Positions 54,813-64,000 of a stretch of 64,000 nt of DNA are shown piece by piece; the stretch's first letter is position 1, and each line of letters starts with the position of its first letter. The stretch covers positions 98,456,001 to 98,520,000 of the forward strand of contig OX597822.1 in the NCBI GenBank assembly GCA_951406725.2, in the 5' to 3' direction. Under the pieces are notes generated by a model that searched no databases, was not told the origin of the DNA, and saw only the letters and a list, made by a program, of their open reading frames with translations. Origin of the DNA: Octopus vulgaris. Taxonomy: Eukaryota. The translations under genes and the position numbers were made by a program.

Positions 54813-55371
54813 GAGCACATGACCTCCCAGGTATGTCCCAATTAGAATTTTCCTTCGGTCCTATAGCCTATTCCAATCAAAACATCCCTGAATAAGGGGT
54901 GTTTAATGAACATGAAGGAAACACCCATGTTTCCAGAGGTGGCTTATTCAAACCCCAAAGAATCCCTCTCAACACATGGCTATGATTCTTCTCCTCTACT
55001 CCTGCTCGTGATCCGGGATGCACATAGCGTCAGCCACTAAAGAACGTGGTCAAGCAACTGGCAAGCAAAACTGTAGTATCGAGCAAAACATTCGTTGTAA
55101 TCCTTGTTTTTCATTAACACAAAACTTTTACTAGTACTATGGTGTTATTGTATAGTGGAAACTATTGAGAAGCAGATTTACAACTTTGAAAAATCTCCCA
55201 CCCTTCCCTTTTGCCGGCCGACGAGGAATAACTACAGACGCCATCTTGTGAATCCAATTCTGATTTGCAAATAATTTTCCAACTTTTATACTTGGGGAAA
55301 GGAACTAAAGTACCAACCAGTCCCCAAATTCCTGGTCAGATTATCAAGCTAAAACAAATATATTTACTTAT

Positions 55372-56160
55372 AGGCGCAGGCGTAGCTATGTGGTAAGAAG
55401 CTTGCTTCTAAGCCAGATGGATCCGGTTTCAGTCACACTGTGTGGCACCTTGGACAGATGTCTTCTATTATAGCCTCGAGTGAGTTTACTAGACGGAAAC
55501 TGAAAGAAGACCGTCGTGTATATAAATGTGTGTGTGTTTAAGGCGGCGGGCTGGCAAAAACGTTAGCACGCCGGGCGAAACGCTTAGCGGTATTTCGTCT
55601 GCCGTTACGTTCTGAGTTCAAATTCCGCCGAGGTTGACTTTGCCATTCATCCTTTCGGGGTCGATAAATTAAGTACCAGTTACGCACTGGGGTCGATGTA
55701 ATCGACTTAATCCGTGTGTCTGTCCTTGTTTGTCCCCTCTGTGTTTAGCGACTTGCGGATAGTAAAGAAATAGGCATTTCGTCTGCCGCTACGTTCTGAG
55801 TTCAAATTCCGTCGAGGTCGACTTTGCATTTCACCCTTTCAGGGTTGATTAAATAAGTACCAGTTACGCACTGGGATCGATATAATCGACTTAATCCGTT
55901 TGTCTGTCCTTGTTTGTTCCCTCTATGTTTAACCCCTTGTGGGTAGTAAAAAATATGTATGTGCATGTGTGTGAGTGTGTGTGTATGTGTGTGTCTTTGT
56001 GTTCGTGTTTGTTCGCCACCACCGCTTGACAACCTGTTCGGCAACAGAAACCGTTAGAATAAGTACGAGGCTTTAAAATAATGAGTCCTACGATCGATTT
56101 CTTCGACTAGAACTCGTCAAGCTTGTACCCCGAGCGTAACCGTAGTCAATTTCACGGAAC
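55372..56160 (+). mobile_element. Old SINE A split by two nested tandem SINE B copies (55541-55774, 55775-55954)
   Basis: SINE A head 55372-55535 and tail ~55960-56160; the B copies sit in its (TG)n tract. Confidence 0.85.
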
Positions 56161-57720
56161 TAAGTTAAATTATAAACGATGAAAAAATAAATAAATACAA
56201 CCCTCTGGAACGGAAAGCAGTTTACAAGATAACGGAGCTTGTAAAGCAATTTCAGCTACGGCAATAAGCAACAACATCAACAACACCTACAACACTATTT
56301 CACTGCTATGATGTTAGCCTACTTGTAATCCATTTTGCTACTGATTTTCATTAACAACGGATCCTACTTCTTCACATGTTCCTTTCCTCCAGTACTTCAA
56401 TAATATTTCAATGAGACCTTGGCAATTTTAATTACTTTCACCTGACAGTAGACATTTTTATGTTCATTTCTTCTTACAGAAATATACAGAATATGATATT
56501 TTCATGAATATTTAACCCTTTCATATTGCCAAGTTTTCCATTTGTTTGTCAGTTTTTTTCTTCTCTTTATGTCGTCTTCCTGTCTATATCTTTCTGTCAC
56601 TATTAGACTTGTTTTCTAGATGAGTGTCACGTTTGAATAACTACTTGCATCACACTCATACATACGTGTACATATACGGAAAGAGGGGTTATATAAGTAG
56701 ATAAATTACATCCAATTATCATAACTCTATTCTTATTTCTCTAACACTAAGTTGTGAAGCGATATTGAAAGATATATCGACCGTAAAACCCTTGCCTTGA
56801 CTAGTAGATTTCATTTCTCTGTATTAAACAAATTATACATATATGACATTATCGCTGTGTGGCAATTTCTATATTTGCTGTCTGTCAATTTATTTGAAAA
56901 GCGAGAATGTTTCATAAAGTAACAACATTATGCTTCCAATATTACAGAAGAGGTCAAGGATGCATATTAATCAAACTGCTGTGAGGATATAATATAATAT
57001 ATATCCAGTCCTCATTGACGCTAATGTAAGCAACAGACTCCCACATCACTCTAGACAAACTGACATTCATACAATTAATAATATCGGTATTCCCTTGCGC
57101 ATTTGGCATGTAAAATGTCCGTACATTATGCTCGTATGTACCTATGTGTATCTGTCTGTATGTAGACGACACGACCTGTGTGTCTGCGGGCATATATTTG
57201 TATGTGCACGCTCGCATGAGTGTGTGTGACAGAGTGTGTATATGTGCATGTGTGTATAATTGTCTTCTTGAAACTTGCAACCCACAATCTGATGTTTTAA
57301 TTACTAAGTAAATGTATAAACTCTTGTTATGACTAATTACTCTGACGCTCATCAATTAATTCGAATTTGTTTCTTGAAACTTTCTATAACCGGTATGTCA
57401 CGATCTGAAATATTTTCCAACCATTTCTAATGCAGACAGCCTCTAATAAACAGCATGACTTAATAATACTCATTGATATTACTCTTGATTTATTCGGAGG
57501 CGTCACATCGAAACTTATAAATTGATATAATGCAATAACATAATTTGAGTATTTAAAAAATCAAATCAACTTGGAAGTAATTAAGCTTAAAATCTTCAGA
57601 CACAAGGCTGTTTCTGCTAAATAACTTATATATGCTGTTTTGCAGACCTTGTAAAAATATCTGTTCTGCCTTATTATCGCACGAGTCTTTTCAAACTCCA
57701 ATCACTTTCCCCCACTTTCT

Positions 57721-57800
<80 letters not shown>

Positions 57801-57933
57801 TTTCATATATGAAGTGTATAACGGTATATACACACAAAGACATGTTAGGAGGGGTAATTAAAACCAACCACTAAAAGATACTTCAAAAGGTATGCTGATA
57901 CAGCATTAGAAAAAGAGGAAATATTTTTAGTTA

Positions 57934-58004
57934 ATCACATACTCGAGTTTCCCTGTTAATGAACAAATAAATTAATTTTGACATATGTAGTTCGTCAGTG
58001 AGAT
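57934..58004 (-). ncRNA. Decayed type I hammerhead in a PLE-like remnant
   Basis: AUCUCA-CUGACGA-(weak stem II)-GAAAC-UCGA-GUA^UGUGAU; palindromic stem III ACUCGAGU. Confidence 0.5.
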
Positions 58005-58108
58005 CGCTAAAACAATGCATAATTATGTAGCAATAATTCGTACCGAAAGAACACTTGCGAGCAACATCCTTATAACATTTAGGCTTCAAAACAATTGCGC
58101 AGGCGCAT

Positions 58109-59098
58109 AGCTGATGAAGGGGAATTTTCCTTGTATTGTTTGTCCTGTACTCTGTTTTTTCGTTGTTAAAAAAAGTCCGTTTCCTTGTTTGATTTTATGT
58201 TTTCGTTTCTCGTTGTGTTCTACGTTTATTTGTGGTGTCCTGTACTCATATATGCAGGTATATATACATATAGATGTAAGTATATACATCTATATGTATA
58301 TATGCATATGTTTTATTTATCATATTGTTATTATATGACCGAACGCACGCGTTGTTTTCTCTTCTCCAAGTAAGTTTTTATTTGAATAATCATGACGCAC
58401 ACTCTTACTCTTTACTTGACCTTTCCTCCCTGCCTGTCTGTCTTCCTCTCTACCTGTCTCTCTCCTTCTTATTATTCACCCTTTCTGGTTTCTTTTCCTC
58501 TCTCTCTCTCTCCTCCTCCTCTCTCTGGCCGATGACCGGAGTGCTACTAAAACTTTCTTTCTGCCCGTGCTTTCAACAAGCCAACATCGACTTCTCTGTC
58601 TTTCGCAAGCCGATTTTTCACATGCGTTCTAACTAATTTTTCCACCGTCTAGGCTTTAAAAAAGCCTTTATTGTTGGTTTCCTTGTCCTGTTATTCTTTA
58701 TTTGTAGTTTTTTCTACTGTTTTTTCTTCATTTGTATTGCTTTTACGTCCTGTTCTTGTTACTTGTTTTACCCCTCTGCAAAATAATTTTATTTAATTCC
58801 TTTTGCAGGAAGGACTGTTTCGGCCGGGTCGTGTTCTGCCCTTACCTTCAAAACACGCATTGAGTCGAACCAGGGACAGCTGATGAAGGGGAATGTTCCT
58901 TGTATTGTTTGTCCTGTACTCTGTTTTTTCGTTGTTAAAAAAAGTCCGTTTCCTTGTTTGATTTTATGTTTTCGTTTCTCGTTGTGTTCTACGTTTATTT
59001 GTGGTGTCCTGTACTCATATATGCATGTACATATACATATAGATGTAAGTATGTACATATATGCATGTATATATACATATGTTTTATTTATTATATTG

Positions 59099-59100
<2 letters not shown>
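58109..59100 (+). mobile_element. Non-autonomous PLE-like element, ~769-nt unit with pseudo-LTR direct repeats
   Basis: 58109-58332 repeats 58878-59100; homologous to 20472-21410; ends in (TA)n. Confidence 0.8.
58815..58891 (+). ncRNA. Putative non-circularly permuted hammerhead (G12A decayed copy)
   Basis: CGU-GUU^CUGCCCU-ua-CCUUC-AAAAC-ACG-(15 nt)-GGGACAG-CUGAUGA-A-GGGG. Confidence 0.55.
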
Positions 59101-59139
<39 letters not shown>

Positions 59140-59321
59140 CGTACATATCTATGCATATACATACATACATACATACATACATACATGCATATATATATAT
59201 ATATATATATATATGAATATATGGGTACAGGACGTCACCAGCAGTAGACAACGAAATACGAAAATAAATGAGTTAAATAGGCAAATAAAGAGAGATAAAA
59301 AGGACAAGTAATACGGAGAAT

Positions 59322-59384
59322 GACCTTCGTCAGTTGTTGACTGATTATCTACTCCTCATTTCGAGCAATCAACGACAGTAGAGG
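59322..59384 (-). ncRNA. Degenerate third-family permuted hammerhead-like motif
   Basis: CCUC-uacug-UCGUUGA-uu-GCUC-GAAA-UGAGG-(13 nt)-UCAACAA-CUGACGA-A-GGUC. Confidence 0.4.
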
Positions 59385-59443
59385 CATACAGAGAAACCGA
59401 ACTAAAACAAACATGGAGGGTTGTTAGACCTGAACGAGGCGAA

Positions 59444-59536
<93 letters not shown>

Positions 59537-59590
59537 TGCATGTATATATGTATATATATATATATATATATGCATATATATAACATAACC

Positions 59591-59673
<83 letters not shown>

Positions 59674-59694
59674 CCTGCATCTGCATCTAGAATT

Positions 59695-60800
59695 CCCCTT
59701 ATTAAATGCAGGATTATACAGGGATGACAGTGTTATAGTCACCCATAATTTAAACAAACACCAGTTAAATAAACTTAGGTAGAATCTGATTATCTTCTTC
59801 CAAAGAATGTGCTTATGGATTACTATAGAAAGTAACCGTAATAATGTTGATATTTAGACTTAAATTTTCTAAAACTTTAATTTGCAATTAGATAATTTTA
59901 AACCCTACCGCCAGCGCAATGAAAAGCTATGTTGTATTAACAAAGAATCTAATGATTCACCCGTAACTCTTAAGAATCTAGTTAGTAATGTAGGAAGGTG
60001 AATATCATGAATTTCTCCCGATGAGACAGCATTTCGAAATAACGTTCCATATTATAATAATACATCAAAAAAGTGAATTCTCGGAGAAGAACCAATATAG
60101 TGAAGCTAGTTCTAACAATAATATACCACGTAGAAATAGAGCTAGGAAAGTTTTGTGATTTAACCCCGCATGTAATATTGTGGTATAAACTAATATAAGT
60201 AGGGAATTCCTTAAATTAGTTTCTAAACATTTTCTATCAAGCCATAAGTTCTATAGAATTGTTAATAGGAGAACACTGAAAGTTAGCTATTCTTGTTGCA
60301 AAAACTTCGCCTCGTTTATTAATCAGAATAATACAATAATTATTACAAACAACCACAGTGCCGAATCTAATCTGAGGAACTGCAACTTCAAAGATAAGAC
60401 TTGCTGTCCCTGGGAAGGTAAATGTCTAGAAAAAGGAATCGTTTATAGAACTAAAGTGCAAGTCGATGGCTCGCAAGAATATAAGAGTTATATAGGGGCT
60501 TTGGAAAATTCATTCAAGACTCGGTTTTATTCCCACCGAAATCATTTCCGATTTTCTGAGAATAGGACAGTAACTAGTCTTGCAAAACTTGTCTAGGAAT
60601 TGAAAGGGATCGATACCCATCCTTTCAATGTAAACTGGGAATTCTACAAAAAGCATCATCACACAGACATGGAACTTAATAAAATGTAGTCTTTGCTCCC
60701 TATGAAAAGTTCTTCATACTGTTCTAGGACAAGCATGCTTGGACCCAGAAACGCGAGCTCTTTAATTCTTGTAGGTACGCTGAGTGGTTTAAAATGTCAA
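59695..60800 (+). mobile_element. Penelope-like (Neptune-type) element 3' half: RT end + GIY-YIG, decayed
   Basis: GLYRDD; KVL*FNPA...FLKLVSKHF...NRRTLKVSYSC; CPWEGKCLEKGIVY...YIGALENSFKTRFYSH; KRELFNSCR. Confidence 0.9.
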
Positions 60801-60882
60801 CCGATAAAGTACCGTATAGGTAAAATGTTTTGACTTTCGGAAAATATTGACTGTCGCATTTCAATTTGACTTTAAACCTTTT

Positions 60883-61236
60883 TACGGAGATGTACTCGCA
60901 TAGCAAGTAATTTGATCTGAGATCGTGTGCTGAAACGAAAACAATTGCAGCGTGGAAGGTGTTTATAAGCCATTTAAGAAACACACAAAAGCCGTTCGAT
61001 TCACTTCAACATTGAAGTTTAATTTGTCAAAATATTTTCGTCGCTAAAATCCGCGACCTGTTCACTGACAAAAATCCGTGCTGCATCTGAGCAGCAAGGA
61101 TTTTTGTCAGTGAACAGGTCGCGGATTTTAGCGACGAAAATATTTTGACAAATTAAACTTCAATGTTGAAGTGAATCGAACGGCTTTTGTGTGTTTCTTA
61201 AATGGCTTATAAACACCTTCCACGCTGCAATTGTTT
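60883..61236 (-). mobile_element. Young mini PLE-like element forming a 298-bp palindrome, 12-bp TSD
   Basis: Perfect 139-bp arms 60939-61077 / 61098-61236; TSD tttaaacctttt at 60871-60882 and 61234-61245. Confidence 0.85.
61103..61152 (+). ncRNA. Minimal hammerhead-like motif with swapped G3-C8 pair (mirror copy 61023-61072 on minus)
   Basis: UUUGUCA-GUGAACA-G-GUCGC(ggauuuua)GCGAC-GAAAA-UA-UUU^UGACAAA; 7-bp stem I, 5-bp stem II, palindrome AAAAUAUUUU. Confidence 0.7.
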
Positions 61237-61928
61237 AAACCTTTTGTTGTATTATAATGCCAGTGCATATTTCGACTTCACTTATAAGATAGCCTTCGAC
61301 TGTTTTACGAATTTAAGCTTAACTTTCGCGGAAGTTTATTTTAATTTTCATGGTTTATTCACGCATATAATTATGTCATATCAATTTATTGTGCAATTTC
61401 CTCATTTTAGCATTTTAATATTATACATATCAGACAGTTTTTTAAAATGTTTGAGTATATAACTTAGGATATATGTATTTATCTTGATGTGAAGATATGT
61501 CTCTCCATATATGTGTATGTATGTATTGTAAGTATGTGTATGTATGTATTATCTATTAATTTTAAACCTTGAGTCAAAAGCGAGATATTGCGATAATGGT
61601 AATACATAGACATATTTAAAGTAAATTTATATAATCGAAAGTATAAAAATATAATTACTCGAAAAATATGTGCTGATATAAGTATGTGTAAAGTATAAAA
61701 TAATGCATAGAGATACAGATACAAGGAAGGTATATTATATATATATGTATATATATATATATATATTTGAGTAATTGAATGAATTATCTTATTAAGGATA
61801 ATTCGAAAGATAACCGATACCTGGGTAGCAAATTCACATCAGAAAGAACACGGTTGAAGCTACGTCCATAGGGCATAGACTACGTGTCTTCGTGCGGAAA
61901 TTTGTATGTTTATTTTAAAATTATAAGT

Positions 61929-62012
61929 ATATGAAAGAATGGAGTTGAACGACTAGTTAACAAATATGTCGAGAATAAAGGATATTTGTTAACTAGTCGT
62001 TCAACTCCATTC

Positions 62013-62020
<8 letters not shown>
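61929..62020. repeat. Perfect 39-bp inverted repeat capping a PLE-like fragment (~61770-62020) between (TA)n tracts
   Basis: atatgaaagaatggagttgaacgactagttaacaaatat and its reverse complement, 14-nt spacer. Confidence 0.8.
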
Positions 62021-62051
<31 letters not shown>

Positions 62052-62707
62052 TACGTGCATATACACACATATATATTTGTGCATATATGCATATATACAT
62101 AAACACAAATACGCTTACATGTATATAGTATAAGTATTTTACATAGACATAAGTAACTGAAAAATATCAATTTGAGAATAAGAAAAATGACAATTTTCAA
62201 GGGATAAGAGTTTAATAAGTACGGATATCAAAATAAGAAAACAAATTAATAAGCATTTATAGAAAACGATGAAGAAATATATATATATATATAATCTACA
62301 CATAAAGAGACGGGATTAAAATTAGAGGCAGAGAAATGGCAAAGGTAGCCTGAAGAGAGTGGGCAATAGGTATGGAAGTTGTAAAGGCAGTTAAATGTAT
62401 TCAAACCAAAGATATTTTATAATTTGTAATATTACAGGTGTTATTGTATGTACGATTTTATAGTTTCTAAAGGGTATATGATTTAGTCAAAGGGAGACTT
62501 ATTTTCATAAAGTCACTACAAATATATGGAATATGATTAGTAGGGGAGAACATCCTAGAAAGGAAAATAGTGTAATCACCAAACTAGGATGAAGTCAGAC
62601 TAACAAAGTAGGGATTATCATGGGATAATATATAATGTTTATATATATATATATATATATATCAGTGTGTGTGCGCGTAAACAATATTATTTTTGGAAAA
62701 CATTCAA

Positions 62708-62765
62708 CGTCTTAAAGCGTTTTCTGGGATATCCCCGAGTATAGTATATTCCGTCATCACAGACA
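62708..62765 (-). ncRNA. Decayed hammerhead-like motif
   Basis: UGUCU-GUGAUGA-CGGA...UCCCA-GAAAA-CGCU-UUA^AGACG; layout like 24966-25024 but C3G is uncompensated. Confidence 0.4.
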
Positions 62766-63137
62766 AATAAGGAAAAATAGGGAAAATAAGAATGGTATAC
62801 ATTAATGAGATGACAACATAGGGGACAGGAATAAAAAAATAAGGAAATGGAAAGAAATAAGATAAAAGAAGCATAAAAGTTCATTGTTCAACTCTTCGAA
62901 GTTATAGAAACGAGTATATGTCCATAGGTACAATCCTCAACTGTTACTTCCAGCAGGTAGACATACTTATTATGTCCTTTGATTAATTTTAATCCTTCTG
63001 CTATTTAATTCTTTTTGGGGGGGGGCCTGCAATCGCCTATATTATTGATTCTGTTATAATTTTAAATTGTTATACTAGATAATAACAGAGTCAATGATAT
63101 CTTTGAAAATTATGTTTTCGTGAATTATTTGCTCAGT

Positions 63138-63211
<74 letters not shown>

Positions 63212-63751
63212 TGAAAAGGAACCCATGAGTTGATATGTATAAGGAAAATAAGACAAGGTAGAAAATAATTTTATCATGAAGAACTTTTTAGTACCAGTTT
63301 CAGCCTTTGCGACTCTTTCAGCTTTAGAGTAAAGCATGAAAAAAAATTAGATTGTGGAAAAATTAAAAGAAATATTTTAAAAAATATTCTCATAGTTTTC
63401 AATTGCAAGGGACATTTTTTCTTTTTTCTTTTTGTCTCTCTCTCTCTCTTTTTTTTTTACTCATGTGAGGTCTTGGTACTAGGTAGCAGGTAGTACTTGC
63501 TACCTGCTACCAAGACCAAGTTATAGTTGGGGAATTTTTCCTTAAGTTCGTTGTGCTATAATAATAGCAACAAACATATAAATTGATATAAAGCTTGCAT
63601 TGATCGATTAAATGGAGCCACCTGAAACGGCCGTAATGCACTAATACCCGAACGTCTCTGTAACGTATTTGGTTTTTATTCACTTTCGAGCTGTGCGGAT
63701 AATACCGGACTGACTTGGTGCGTCAACTTAACTGAATCTTAATTATTTCTA

Positions 63752-63809
<58 letters not shown>

Positions 63810-64000
63810 GATCCTTTTAGCTGCTGGAGGGTAGTAGGACTTCGCTCCCCACTACTAGCGACGAATTGTATATAATGGGTGCACACCATTGCTGCGACAA
63901 CCAGCGGGCGGAGAATCTGCCTGGGTTAAACTAATAGTAACATTCAACTGCCATTTTGATGTGGCTACTCGCTTTACTGTATAGTATACGTTACTACTCT

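Noticed and set aside
63284-63329. Minus-strand CUGAAAG-AGUC/GGCU-GAAAC-UG-GUA motif
   Set aside because: Core altered and stem I only 2 bp; at best a decayed relic.

Overview
AT-rich, repeat-saturated metazoan DNA. The SINE families and very long (TA)n/(ATT)n/(CTT)n arrays suggest an octopus (coleoid cephalopod) genome; this is recognition, not a database result. No intact host gene can be supported: nearly all ORFs in the track are microsatellite or SINE artefacts. The window holds decayed transposons (two Penelope-like elements (PLEs) with RT and GIY-YIG remnants, R4/Dong-like LINEs nested in (TAA)n, an L1/Tx1-like ORF1, an I/Jockey-like LINE, mariner/maT DNA transposons, non-autonomous Helitrons, a Gypsy integrase scrap) and at least four tRNA-derived SINE families. 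The notable signal is RNA structure. More than a dozen small non-coding PLE-like elements (pseudo-LTR partial tandems, 5' inversions, some TSDs, mostly next to (TA)n) carry hammerhead ribozyme motifs, including minimal type I forms with palindromic stem III and C3-G8, U3-A8 and G3-C8 core pairs. Five loci appear to carry a NON-circularly permuted hammerhead: the strands run NUH strand, GAAA strand, CUGANGA strand, and stems I and III change sequence between families while keeping their pairing. All folds were made by eye; none is tested for activity.
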